A stretch of DNA of 63,698 nucleotides, the filler included, from Intoshia linei (Eukaryota > Animalia > Orthonectida): the NCBI GenBank assembly GCA_001642005.1. It is 7 parts of 7 records of this genome, joined end to end, with 100 filler letters (N's around TTAATTAATTAA, not from the genome) between each part and the next. Parts side by side here need not be neighbours in the genome. Positions count along the whole stretch, not along the records: positions 29,208 to 50,754 come from LWCA01000643.1; positions 50,855 to 56,329 come from LWCA01001802.1; 5 more parts are not named here. One strand, 5' to 3'. The translations under genes were made by a program, and so were the position numbers. This document shows positions 38,201-52,174 of the stretch, piece after piece; position 1 is the first letter of the stretch, and every line of letters begins with the position of its first letter. The notes under the pieces were generated by a model. It made no database searches. It was given only the letters and a program-made list of their open reading frames with translations, and was not told where the DNA came from.

Positions 38201-41200
38201 TATTTATTTAATTATTTACATATTAATATAAACACAAAGGATCACTCTTTACTCTCAAATATCTATTCGTGAAAAACCCAAATGAAAATGTGATTTTTTA
38301 TTTTTTATTTATAAAATTAAAAAAATATTTTACCCACAAAACCATTTCCAAATCCCAATTACATTAAAATTAAAACATACACAATGATACGACTTGTAGT
38401 GAACTTTAAATAAAACTAAAGAATCTCTTTTAGGAACAATATTTTTTGTAACTGCAACAGGTTTCAATTTTTCTAAAAAATATCGAATAGATATAAATCA
38501 AATAAATCTACCATCAATAGACATCAATTGCAAAGATCCTCCATAAGTCTCATCCCAATTTTCATCAACCAAATAGTACACAAAAGCAATAGCTCTTTGT
38601 CCAGTTCTATCATCGTGGCATAATAGATAATCTAATTAATTATACATTACTTATATAAAAATGAATGTCATTTAAAAATTATCATCATATAAAAATTTAA
38701 AAAAACACAATTTCTAACATTGTTTTTATCTATTTTTCAGTTTCAGAATTTGAATCCTTCAAGGTCAAAAACCCCATTTCGCCTTTTGTTTATAAAAAAT
38801 CAGCCCAAAAATGTAATAAAACATACATTCTGTACCGCGTTTTAAAAGCATTAACATTGTCTGTAATCTCAGTCCCAAAAACACATACCTTCATAGTCAA
38901 AATCCCAAATTACCCTTTGTTTTATAAATGAACATATCCTAAAATTTTTTAAACATAAATTCTGATATAGCTTTTTAAATCATAAACATTATCATAAATG
39001 GAAACCCAAAAAAAAGGACTTTCACGATGAAAACCCAACATTACCTTTTTTTTAAAATAAAAACAGCCTTGTAATTTAAAACCAATTACAAATGGTACAG
39101 CCGTATCCTGTTAAGACACACAAAAAATTTCAATCTGAATAAGTGACGCCTTCATGGTCAAAAAAGTACTTTAACATTCATTTTTTTTTATTTCGAAACT
39201 ATTTTATTAAAACAAAAAAATTTAAATAATTAATGGTTCTACAAATAAAAAATAAATTATGTTAGTATGGAACAGTAATCCCTAAACCCCGTTGAGTAAA
39301 AAACTGATACCTGGGAATTTATTGTCCGTGAGACTCAAATAAAATATAGAAAATTTTTTATTAACCTTAGTTTATTTTTATAGCAGAATTTTTATCATTT
39401 ATTACATATTTGCTAGATGTTGGGAATTTATCCCAAAGCCTAGACGACCTATATATTGTTATTTCAAAAATTCAATTTTATTTAACCATTAATGAAATTT
39501 AATAAAAAATAAAATTTCAAACCATCAGGGAAAAATCGACTTTTACCAATATTTTTTTCAAAAACGCCATTTTACCAAATCTTATGAGAAAAATTCATAA
39601 GAAAAATAACAGGTTTTGGTTTTGGTTAATCAAACCACAAAATAAAAATACAATTTTACCAACGCTTAAAGGAAATATCCTCTTTTCGAATATTTTTTTA
39701 AAAAATCAGATTTTACAAAATCTTATGAAACAACTTTCCTATCAAAAACCCAAAATATAAAATTCCATTTTTCCAATATTTTTATATAAAACACGATTTT
39801 ACCAAATCTTATGAAAAAAACCCTTTACTTTTTTCATAAATGTATTATATTTCATATTTCACAAAAAATTTAAATGTGTCTAAAAAAATAAAATTTTTAA
39901 AGGGGGTCCGTACACTATTCGAATCGAAACCACTGGTATATACCAAGGACAGCTTAAATAGTATACAGTAGTCTTTGTATAGACATATATAATATTCAAT
40001 AATTGACAATATAAAGTTAAAAATACCTCCATTTCCGTAAATAGAAGAAGTTACAATAAGTGAATCATCCAAAATAAAATTGAACGCTTTTTCTAGAGGT
40101 TCTTTACATTTATTAGTAATATTTTTTCTAATAATAAAATTATAATTTAAACATAAATTACATCAATGAATTAATATGAATATTTCCCTGCACGTTAACT
40201 TCAAGACACTAAAAATAGAATAAATTAATAAAATGTATATTATATTTTTTATTAATACAATAATAATAAAATTATACTTGTTGGAATTTCATCAGATCAC
40301 TTCTCACTTCTTTATAATCAAGTTTAGAACATTCCTTGATAACATTTTGAATAAAAACTTTATCATTAAGAAAATTTGGTATTTCTAAGCATGGGTATGG
40401 ACAATCTGGTAAATGTTTTCTATTTCAAAGAATTAATTCATAAAATAATGAAAATTAATTATTCAAAAAACATCAATATTACAAACACCTTTGATTATTT
40501 TTTAGTCGATGATAAAACCACATTAAAACCCCAGTGTCAAACCGACTGTACCACGAGGCGCCTCTTTGGGCCTCGAGGTACTTTTTGTAAAACGGAGCCT
40601 CCTTTTTCCAAAATGAACATTACAAAATTATATTACACTTCATTTCGGGTTACCCGAATTGGGTAGGTCTCGCGTAAATTAATAAAAAAACGTAAATTTG
40701 TACATTTGTAAAAAATTTTCTTTTAAAAAAATAATAAACACGTTTTTAATAATCACTATAATGGAGCATTGTACATAATTTATACATCGTTATAAATCGT
40801 TATTTCTCTATATGATGAGAATTGGGCATAAACTAATCCAAGGGTTCTCAAACGTTTTAAATTTTTGAAAAATGTTTTATTAACATTACTAATATATTCT
40901 GAGCCGTAGCTTTTCACAGTGCCTTTTCACATTCATAAGTTGTTGGAAACGGTATAAGTATTATGAGAATCATTTTAGAGAGGTTTGGATATGATTGTGC
41001 CATAGCTATCCAAAATTCAGTTATCGTACTTTCAGGAAATTTTATTTTGATTATTATATGTGAAATTAATTCGATTTGTATTTTTAATTGTTTAAATTTA
41101 TAACAACAAATTATTTAAAAAATCAATTTATTTTTTATAATTCAAAATTTTATTTAAACTTGCGGACCCAAGTTTGAGAACCACTAAACTAAACCATTAT

Positions 41201-41313
41201 AAAGACCAATAAAAACTAACAAAATATAAAATATAACGATTTAAAAATTGATAAGTAAATTTATAAAGTTACATATAATTGTATTCAGATTGTATGATAT
41301 CAAGTCGGTTCAT
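35254..41313 (-). CDS. OGFOD1: Prolyl 3-hydroxylase OGFOD1/Tpa1 (ribosomal uS12 hydroxylase family)
   Basis: Exons encode CPYPCLEIPNFL..SDLMKFQQ, DYLLCHDDRTGQRAIAFVYYLVDENWDETYGGSLQL, LVLFKVHYKSYHC|VSEILTNSKRLTINGWF (HxD...H and the 2OG-binding R intact), WHICGP, EWKTEWGG and a last exon QPTDNSLFLVY...TSI* (stop 35254). First exon probably 41313-41273; alternative ATG at 40523. Confidence 0.92.
36288..36588. mobile_element. hAT-type MITE (301 bp) nested in another repeat in the last OGFOD1 intron
   Basis: TIRs caagggtcggcaacc / ggttgccgatacctg; 8-bp TSD cattacaa / cattacag. Confidence 0.85.
40839..41186. mobile_element. hAT-type MITE (348 bp) in OGFOD1 intron 1
   Basis: TIRs caagggttctcaaac / gtttgagaaccacta; TSD aactaatc / aactaaac. 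Confidence 0.8.
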
Positions 41314-41455
41314 ATTAGTATAAAATTATAATTATAATTTATTATTTATCTTGAATTTCAATTTTTGAATTTTAAGTTTAAATTAAACTTGAAAATAGAG
41401 CGATATTTTACTTTTCAAAATTTACTTGGATACTTCGAATTAAATATCCCTTGAA

Positions 41456-44400
41456 ATGTTGTGGCGAAATTTTTGTCATGTTAGGAATTATAATAGTAAA
41501 TTATTCAACTCTTTGAGTAATAGAGTCTGTTTTAGACAAATATCCCACCTTGAAAGGTTGTTTTAAATTCATCATAAAATATTTTTTATAATTTTTTCAT
41601 ATTTTTATTATTTTAGAATCGATAAATCCAATGGAAAGACATTTAATAGCTTCGAAAACGAAATGGATTCTATTCGCTATTTTACTGATAAGAATTTGTA
41701 TATTCCATATAATCGCATCAATGATTTATTAAAATTATTGAACACATCTGGTTTAATTACAAAAATAATACATTATATATTAACATTTTAACATTTTCAA
41801 CGTTTCTCAGGCAGTAGATCCCTTTAAATTTTGATGATTTTTGTGGCTCACTGGTTGAGACACTGAAATATTTAGTACCAATTAGATGTGAATTAATATT
41901 GGTTTTACTTTAAAAAAAAATCGTTACAAAATCTAAATTTTTCTAGGGCTCCAAAAGTTTTTTTGTGGACCACGTTTAGAATGAATGTTTTTTATGATCA
42001 TTTTTTATTTTTAGACAATTTTGAACAAAATAGCATTGACGCTATGGGAGTCATTGGAATGTCCATGGTTAGATACAGTTATAATCAAAGATTATCCTTT
42101 TTAAACGACATTTGGGAATCTATAAATTGTAAAGGTTTGATAGTTGAATACTTTTTATATTTTTCAATATTTTATTATTACTAATTAGAAAATATTACTA
42201 TTGATCAATATAACATGTATTTGTTTGCTGCTGTCAATAATCAGATCAAATTAGATGCCAAACAGGAATTGGAAAATATTGTTAAATTAAATATAAATCC
42301 AAATATGGTAATGCTATCTATATTTGTAGTTTTATAATATCGTATTGGTATGAGTTAATATTTATGTTTTAGTTTTTTTGTGTAAACTAATATACATTTA
42401 ATTTATTATTATTTCAAACAATGTATGTTGCCCTCCGTTCTTAATTAAATTAAATTTTAATGTCAATAATCGCTTGTAATAAAAATGAAGACAAAAATAA
42501 ATTGTAACCTAACCCTATGGAAAAAGCCAAACGCATTACTTCATGATCTTTTATTTAAGTACCTATTTTAGTACATTTTAGAAATACTGGGAAAACCCAC
42601 TATTAGGCTGTTATTAAAATTGGTATTTCATAATGATTTGTTTAAAATGTATTAAAGTTTGATCAGCATGGGGGTTTTCATTGTATTCGTTGAAGTATAT
42701 TTTTGGTTTTATTGTTTATAGTAGTGTATTTTTAATTCCGTATAAATTAATATTTAAGTTAGTAAGCATGACTCAATTTTTCAATTGCAGTTCTATTACA
42801 GAGCCCAACATTTTGAACTCGAGACTCCTCATCGTTTGGCACCAGACGAAGTTTTTTTAAATTTTGGCATTATTTTTTCTAAATTGAATATTTTAAAAGT
42901 AATGTTTTATTCACGCCTATTTTTCAGGTAGTGTTCGTTACAGTTAGTTATACGTCCATGATTTATTTTAAAATTTTAAAGTTTATTTTTATATTTGTGG
43001 GTGTAGAAGCAACATTTATATTAAAAAATTCGAAATATTCGAAAATTAAATTACATCTTAATTAATTTACCAAAAAAGGTATTATTGCTTCCCAAATTCC
43101 GACAAAAATTGTAAACTTTGCTATAAAATTTTAAATATTCACTCAGAATGACCAACATACAGACATTGAGATCTACTATATTTATATAGGGAAATGCTTT
43201 GTGGTCAAATAGTGTACTCACTCCGTACTACGGACCCTTATTTTAAAATATTTATTTTTTTCGATACTAAACGAAACATGAAAATCTAAAAAATTTATGA
43301 AAAAATTAAAGGTTTTTATCATAAGATTTGGTAAAATCGGATTTTTCAAAAAAATATTGGAAAAAGAGGATATTTCCCTTAAGCGTTAGTATAATTGAAT
43401 TTTATATTTTGGAGTTGGAATAAGAGGTTTTTTCTTATAAAAATTGGTAAAATCGTGTTTTTAAAAAAAATATTAGAAAGAGGGAATTTTTGCCTTTAGG
43501 TTTGGTAAAATTTGTTTTTATTTTTGTAGTTTGATTTAGTCGATTTTTCCCTGAGGGTTTGAAATGGTATTTTTTATTAAATTCTTTTCAAAAGTTTTCA
43601 AAAGATTTTTCAAAGCAATTACTTATAGTTATGTATGTGTATTATGTTAAAATAATGCTATCAATACAGTATTTTTTCCCTAATTTGACAATGTCGGTAT
43701 TATATATAGAATATTGTATATAACTGTTCCCAAACACTGTTTGTTTAATTTCTACTGACCCGAATATTATGAATAAAATGGAATTTTTATATTTCAGAAA
43801 AATCTTTAGCAAAGGATGTATTTGCCCTCAGTTTGAATTTTTGTGAACTTGAGAACTCTCTGTTAATTCCAATATAATGTACCATATTTTACCAATACGT
43901 TAAAATTATATTACACATTAACCGATCTGAAAGAGTGAAAGGGTTGGGAAACGCTGCTGTTTATGATTATTTTTTATTTAGCGAACATTTCATCAACTTT
44001 TACGATCAACTCAATATTCCAAAGATTTAACCAAAATATCGTAATTTATTAATATTTTTAATATATTAATTAATAAAAATGATGTTTTTAATAATATGTA
44101 CTTATTAGGTGTGCACTTTTTGTTGAATTAAAAAAGTATATTTACGGAGTGTTCCAAATGTTATTTAGAACATAATTATCGAAAAAAATGAAAATACTGA
44201 CAATATGTCAGTGACATACAAAATGACATATGATGAATACAAAATTTTCAATTTTTTCTAATTTACGATCCACTGATCAAATAAACAATTTAATGGTCAG
44301 TTATTTGTTTTCTAACATCGTTAACATACTAAAAATAGTAATAATTGTAATAAGAATGATATAAAATTAATAAGTAATAAACTACAGTTTAAATTTCTAA

Positions 44401-47400
44401 AATAATAAATAATATGTATGCGTTTTAAAAAATAGACAGAGAAGTTTTCAATTAAACGTATTAATTTATTATTATTTATTAAAAAAGTGCACACCCTAAT
44501 GTGTTATATGTAATATCCATAACATCCATAATATAATCAATTTTACTTGTTTTCTTCGATTATGAAAAACAACCTGAAAACATAAATTTGAATTTCTCAT
44601 CAAACCCACTATTTTTTACATCTATTTTTATTTTTTTATAAAAAATCGTAAAGAATCGGAAAAAATGTTAAATTTATAGATTCTGATTCCGATTCCTTGG
44701 AATCCTCGTATCCCTAAATATAAGTAAGGATAGTACAAAACATTTCGTGGGCCTTCTGGAAACCTATATTGATCCTAGTTTAGGAAACACTGCTGTACTT
44801 TAATTAAAGTTTTACATGCCAAAGAATTACATTTTCAAAAATCTCAAACATCTTTGATGTACTGAGGGATTATTATGGTCTAATTTTATTACCCCTGTAC
44901 TAGCTACTTATTTCAATATCGCAATTTTTACAGTGGAAAAATTGTGAAAATATTAGGGTAAAGCTATTTCTATATGGACTTTTGTAATTTTTAATTTTAG
45001 ATATCTAATGGAAGAGGCAAAACAACGGCATATTTCGGTGGGAGAGCCAGGATTTAATTTAATTGCTCAATCTTACCTTTTTAATAAGTATTTTACTATC
45101 TTTCCGATAGATTATGCTATTAAAGATTAGTAAAGTGTGTAATTAGAATGTAGTTTGGTAAGATTATTCTAGATCCCTTAATCGTAAATGAGAATATTTA
45201 GGCTCATTATTTTTTGATAAACAAAACGTAAAAATCATTTTTGTTTTTATTTACATTTACACAGAACCGAACCTATAGTACTCGAAGCCCTCCTTGTTCA
45301 TATAAATAGGTAAAAATGTACTATCAAGTAAATTTTTAGAAATATCAGGTTCCTTTGAAATTATGTAGCTCCCTGGTGGGGCCTAGCCCCCACCCCCATT
45401 TGGTAAGCACTAATTTACACAATTTTTCATTCTTAACTTTACAAAATAAGAATACCATTTTATTATATAATTATTTTTAGTGACTTGACTCGATCTACAG
45501 AAATTATAAAAATGATTGAGTAGGTTTTTTTAATTATGTTTAATTTATTTATTAGTGAAACCGGAATGAAATATACTTATCATACTTACCAAACCGCAAT
45601 TTTGATGGCTTCAATTTATGGAAACGAAGATAAAATTTTATCTGTATTTTCTATTAAATAGATAACAATTAATGCATTGAAATATAGTTATTGAATGACG
45701 CAACAGATAATTGTGTAACATTGGCTCCAAATCTTTTATATGAAAATTGCATAAAACTTATCAATAATGACAAACTTGACTCTGCTTTGAAGGTATTAGT
45801 GTTTTTTTATTTATGCTATAATTTATTAGATTATCAAATCCATGAATATTCATTCTCGACAAGAAAATAATTTTAACGTTGGATTTATCTCGAAATTAAG
45901 ATTTTTGGAGAAATTAATCATGAATAATCAAACAGAAGCTGTATTTAGCTTATTATCTACCTTGGAAATTAAACAACCAACCCATTTATCCACATTGGTA
46001 GATACGTTGAGTTGTCAGAATGTGGTGTGTTTATAATAACTATTATAATTATCGTTTATATATTTATATTAATGTGGATTATAGGAATTTGATGCATTTT
46101 TAAAATTTCGCAATAAAATTTTAAATATGGGCTACATGTTGGATGATTATATCAATATTGCTTATAAAGCTGTCAGCAAAAATCAGTTTGGTAATTTTTA
46201 ATGTCTATATGTAAAAGGGCATTTAAATTGTGTTTGAGTGGTACTTTAAATTTATGAGTCATAATTTACCATTATTTTTTTATATTTTGATTTATAGATT
46301 TCACTATGAATCTTTACAAGCACATGAAGAAAGAGGTATATATTTATATATTTTCATTTAATTTTATTTAAAGGGTCTACATTTAAGTGACCAAATGATG
46401 TACCCTATTTATAAAATCAATGCAGAAAATACATCTAGTAATTTAAATAAATTACTAAATTATCAATTTTTACGATTAAACTCATTTAGGATTATGGGAT
46501 ATTTTGGAAAATCATATATTTTTGTTAAATGATTCATTTAAAACAGATTTTGAAAAATCAGATATTATTAAAAATCTTTATCACTTTTTAATAATACCTG
46601 CTTTGAAGAATGAATCAATAGAAGAAATTACTAAGAAATTTCAGGTTAACTCAAAATCTTGTATATCAATTAATTGAAATTTAGGATTTAAGTTTACAAC
46701 CAAATTTTATAAATACATGTCTTCAGTACCATTATTTAGCAAACAAAAATTTAGAAAAAGCCTGTAGTATCAGTTTTTGCGTTTTTTATATTTATTAATT
46801 TTAACTTAGATGATGACGTTGATATTCGAACAAATCAGATAAATGTTATTATACTTTATTACAAATCCTCGGTAGATGATTACATTCATATTTTAAATGT
46901 ACGGTTTATTTAAAATTTACATTTTGTTTACTTTTTATATTTATAGATGTTACGTACCAATATTTCTAGTCTACTGGAATCAAAGGATAAAATTGTTGAT
47001 GTTGAATGCTTTTCAAATTATTTATATCAAATTATCAGATTTAAGGAAGGGGACATCAAATCAGTTAAGAATATTATAAAAACTTGGACTGATTATGTAC
47101 GAATTCATTTGATATTTTTATTTATTTATTTATTTATATTATATAGAATTTACCTTTAAACGATGTATATTATCGAAAAATTATCAAGTATTGTAAAAAC
47201 ATTTTTTCGTATTCGTTGGTATGTTTTTATTTCTTTTGACATTAATTATCGTGTTTGTAATTAATTTTTTTTTTTTAATAGCCCAATTTAAATGATTATA
47301 TTATTGAATCCAATAAAATGTTTGCACCTAGCAAGGTATATTTTTTTATCTGTTTTTAATTTTATTTAGAAACTTGCATCCTTAGCGTATGATGTGTTGT

Positions 47401-50400
47401 ACGAAAAATACAAAAAATCAATAAAATTAAATGATAATGGGGATAATTATAACTTAATTGGATTGTTAAAGTTTTGTTCTGAATCTAATTATTCAAAGGT
47501 TTATTATTTTAATATATTTATTATTTTTTAATATTAAAATTTAGTTTGCCGAAAAATCATTGTCTATTCTAGATGAAATTGATGATAAAGAAAATATTAG
47601 TCATAATATTTACTTTTTCTTAGCCAAATGCGCTTTTAATTCGAATAATGTGGATAAATTTAAAGAATTTTCAAAAATTTGGTATAATACTTTTAATTTT
47701 ATTATTTATTTTTATTTATTTTTGATTTTTCTATTATAGCATCGACAAATTTAGTGCGAGTGAGAAAACAACATATTTTATGCATATGTACCATTTACTT
47801 GAAATGAATCTAAGTTTACAAGATATTGAAGGTATATTTTTATTATTTACTAGCTTCTCTGTTTTGTACTTTGTACAAATAGTAACTAGAAATGTGCAGG
47901 GCGCACGTTGGCAGGTATAATTTTTCAATTTAAAAATTTCGTACGTAATTAACTAGTGGCCATTAATTAAATTAACAGATATTTTATAATGCTATTAATC
48001 AAAAATGCAAATACCAATTCCAAAGTGAATCATTTTCTATTAAAATTTAATTTAAATTGTTGAATTTTAAAGTTCAATGTCTAAAACTTATAATTAAATT
48101 TTTATTTTCTTAAAATGAATGTTAATAATTGAAAAATTGGGTTTTTTCTTTTTGGGTCCGATAGAGGGATTTTTTCCTTAAGGGTTTGTATAATTTTGGT
48201 TTTTTCTCATATGATTTAACTAAATTGAATGATTGAATCAAATATACTAATTTTTGTATTTTTGTATTCACTTCCATGAGAAGCAGTGATTTAATTTAAA
48301 TTTATTCACATATGTCAATGTCAATAATATCAAAAACTGAACAATATATGTTCTCGTACATTTTTCGCTTTTTGACCGTGAAGATGTAAATTTCTGGGAC
48401 TATCAGTTGTATAAGTAAAGGGCTACTCCCAGATAGATAAATATATAGTTGTACAACTTTTAATTTGTTTATGCAAGGATTGTTGTCATATCATATTTCA
48501 TTTCTAAATAGTATTTTTATATTTTAGTGTTAATACATTTATTTTTTATAGGCACTGAAAGAGTTGTGAAACTTTTCGATAATGATAGACTTAAAGATGC
48601 TTCATATTTAAGTATTGATCCCAATATATTAAGACAAGTATTTTACTTGGAGAGTTCAAATGATTACAAATTTAAATTTTTTAAATTGTTAAAAAATTTT
48701 AATTTTGCGAATAGTGTTGATATCCCAAACTATTTCATTCAAGGTTTCATCGATAGGTAAATTTTTATTAAATTTATAAATTGATCGACTTTTACCTGTC
48801 ATCAACATTAATTAGTAATTGTTTGACACGTGGGTATTTTAATTTGCAAAATTACTCTTTAACTGCAATGAAATAAAAAATTTATGTTTCAATTGAATTT
48901 TTTACTAACATTATTATTGTAAATATAGTAATGGCTAGATTTTTTTTATTTAGATATTTAGATGCTTTGTGTAAAATAATCCATATAATTTTTTTTCGAT
49001 TTTTCCGTTTCTTCAGAACCGCATCAAATTCTATGCATATTTAATGAATGAATTTTTATGCCTAGAAACGTTGAAGGTTTAAGTGATGCTTTATCTTTTT
49101 TAAAAACTGAAAAATTTTATCCAGAAAACATGACATTGGTTTTATCTCATTGTATACAAAAAAATATCGACATTTCCAGTTTTATTGAAGGTTTATTTTA
49201 ATTATCTTTTTTTATAATATATTTAGAAAACTATAAATTATTTGGTATGAAGGGATGTATTGCTTATTTATTGAATAATGATTATAAAAATTTTCGGAAA
49301 CATTTTAATGTGATTATATTTGTTTCTTTTAATTATTATTAATTTTAGAAATTGTCATCCGACAAAATTAATGTTAACCAAGAAATTGAAGGTATTGAAG
49401 ATTTTGAGGTAAATTTCTTAAATGTTATATTTTCCTTTTTAAATTTAAATTAGTTTTTATTCAAATTATTATCTGTTGAAGAAATGACCAATTTTCGAAT
49501 TGTTATTTTGAAAAAATGTTTATATATTGCGGGTATGTTTTAAATTGTTTACGTTAAATTATAATTTTACTAGGAAAACAGTGTAATGAAACAATGTTGA
49601 ACAAAATTCTACAATTTATACAAGAAAATAATCTAAATTGTGAGTTTTTCCTTAAACAATCAATTCAATATGCTAATAATGCAATTTTATCAAAGGTTAT
49701 ATTATAATATATTTATTTTGAGTTTTTATAAATAAATCAAATTTTTAGACGAAAAATGCTACCCCGATTAAACCTTTCAAATTGTTACCACATTATAATT
49801 TTGATGAAAATTTAATTTTTAAGAGTGTTATTTCAACGGGAAGAATACAAAATTTTGTAAATATGCTGTTACATGATAAGTTTTTATCATGAATCTTATT
49901 TTAATTTCATTTTAGTTTAAATTTATCAGATGAATTTATTATTAATTCTTGCCTCCATTTGGAATATTCTAATAATTGTATTTTAATTTTTTTCAATTTT
50001 GTATTTTTTGTAGTATCAAGATTAATAAAATGTTTGTCTGTTTGCGAATATAATAATGTTTTGAAAAGTTTATACCAGAAATTGAATTCATTTCATCACA
50101 GAAAAATGTGTGCTGTGGGTATATTGGAACATTGTTTGAAGATGTAATTTTTTATGTTAAAGTGGTTACACAGTATTTTAGAAATTCATTTGATATTGAG
50201 AATATGGATTCTTTGTTGAAATTCGCACCATTGTCTTTATTTGTCAACAAAATGATGCATAATGAAGCTTTTACTGATTATGGTTAAGATATTGAACTTA
50301 TTTTAATATTTATAATTGAATTTTATATTTATCAATATTTTTAGTTAAATCTAACACTTTATCTACTAAACTATATATACATTTATGGTGGGCTTCTTAT

Positions 50401-50546
50401 TTTTCAAAAAATGATGATATCCGCCTTCAAATTGAAAATTTGGTAATTTTGATATACAATATTGTTAATATATAGGTTTTATACTATTAAATAATATTAT
50501 AACTAATATATAAATCTAGTCCGAACCTTTTATTCTTGAGACATAA
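41456..50546 (+). CDS. LRPPRC: Leucine-rich PPR motif-containing protein, mitochondrial (LRPPRC/bsf-like); many short exons; 3' end uncertain
   Basis: Presequence-like start MLWRNFCHVRNYNSKLFNSLSNRVCFRQISHLE. Exons QRLSFLNDIWESINCK|ENITIDQYNMYLFAAVNNQIKLDAKQELENIVKLNINPNM|RTFHQLL parallel LRPPRC ERTEFAHRIWDTL..DVSHYNALLKVY..MEEANIQPNRVTYQRLI. A chain of helical-repeat-like exons with short introns continues to ~50.5 kb. Confidence 0.78.
44106..44498. mobile_element. TAGG(G)TG-ended MITE in an LRPPRC intron
   Basis: Inverted termini taggtgtgcacttttt / aaaaaagtgcacacccta. Confidence 0.7.
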
Positions 50547-50854
50547 AAATAGTAATGATTTGATTTTTGTTTCGTTAATTCAATCATTGTTAAATTTGTT
50601 GGTTTTAATAATGGCAATACACCTTAAAATTTGGGAATAATTGTTAATAGTGTGGTACATTTTTATCAAAATTCAGAATACATTTTTATTTTGCAATGGA
50701 TTTACATCTAATTCAAAATAAATTAAATAGTTTAAAAAATGAAATTGATATATANNNNNNNNNNNNNNNNNNNNNNNNNNNNNNNNNNNNNNNNNNNNTT
50801 AATTAATTAANNNNNNNNNNNNNNNNNNNNNNNNNNNNNNNNNNNNNNNNNNNN

Positions 50855-50904
50855 AAACTTTTTAATTTTGTTAAAAAAACGACATTACTTATGAAACGAC
50901 CTAA
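50855..50904. mobile_element. Mariner-type terminal inverted repeat (right end) emerging from a linker
   Basis: Ends gacattacttatgaaacgacctaa|TA; exact reverse complement of 61213-61262; resembles Hsmar1-type TTAGGTTGGTGCAAAAGTAATTGCG ends. Confidence 0.75.
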
Positions 50905-51412
50905 TACAATAACAACTTAATGATACACTTGAGAAATTATTGAACTCTGCATATTTTTAAAAAATTCATTCATTTAAAATCGACTTGATTTCGCATACTA
51001 TACATTTTTCTACGGTGGAATATTACACCAAAATTATCATGTGTATAATATAACAATTGATATAATTAGGTGTCCTATTGTACATGTATTATCCTACATA
51101 TACATTATATAGGTATAAATCTAAACATTCTATTGAGATTAATGTTAAATTTAAAATCAGTTTTAAAAATTTACTATATATTTACTGAATATTATATTAA
51201 TGCAATAAATAAAATTTTTTTTCACCTACACTAAAACATCCGTTATTCTCCCGATTAATTTATATTTATATAGTAAAATTCTGTAATTTGGCCAAAATTT
51301 TTTATATTTTTTCATAGTAAATTATTATTTTTTAAATCATTTAATATAACCGCTAATTAATATTATGATTATATTCAATCTTACTCATATATCCTGTATC
51401 GTTACATTAATG

Positions 51413-52174
51413 CAGTGGTTCTCAACCCGTGTTCCGCAAAATTTAATTGGGGTTCCGTGAAATATAAATGCGATATTTTTCAATTTAAAGTTTTTCTAAA
51501 TTACTGTTGTATGCAATAAAACAACATCATTTCTCAAATTTAAATCAAAAAAGTATTACACTTTGGAGTATGGGAACCTGAAACTTGATGTTCAAAAATA
51601 ATAATAATTCGGATTATCTTTATGAGAAATATTGTAAAAAAAGTGGGTTTTTACTGGCCCAACTCTCTTGAAATAATTTAAATAATTCCGTGTGTTCTTT
51701 ACTCCTTGTGGAGAGAGGGGAATCTTGGCAAAGAGCGTTATTAACTCTTCAAAAAAAAAGACTTTAAAAAATTTAGGATGTTAGTTATAAGAGTACCATC
51801 CACCACTAATAATTAAACCTCGAATAGGGTATGATTAGGGGTTTCCCGAGAAATTATGAGTATTTAAATTTTGGTGGCGAAGAAGCTTTCCAAGTATAAA
51901 TAAAATAGATTTTTTTAATTAGAAAGTTATAAAAAAATTGAAATGAAAAAGCTCTTAGATATATTTTAAGGACAATTCTCATTGAGAAACAAATATAAAT
52001 TTCTTTATTAAAAAATTTATGTTTTCAATATTTGAAGCGTAATTTTTTAATTAAAAATCAAATTGTTTTATACATGCGATATGCGAAAAAAAAATTTTGA
52101 TCATGCTTTTAGGTGCCGCGATTTTTGGAAATTTCATAAGGGTTCCGCGCAGTAAAAAATGTTGAAAAACACTG
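51413..52174. mobile_element. hAT (Buster/Charlie-like) non-autonomous element (762 bp)
   Basis: TIRs cagtggttctcaac / gttgaaaaacactg, subterminal gttccgc motifs, TSD cattaatg / ccttaatg. Confidence 0.85.

Noticed and set aside
39500-39850. Regularly spaced ttttaccaaat motifs as a CRISPR-like array
   Set aside because: These are degenerate subrepeats of a dispersed TE (inverted copy at 43300-43590, fragments at 48130 and 55240), in a eukaryotic intron with no cas genes.
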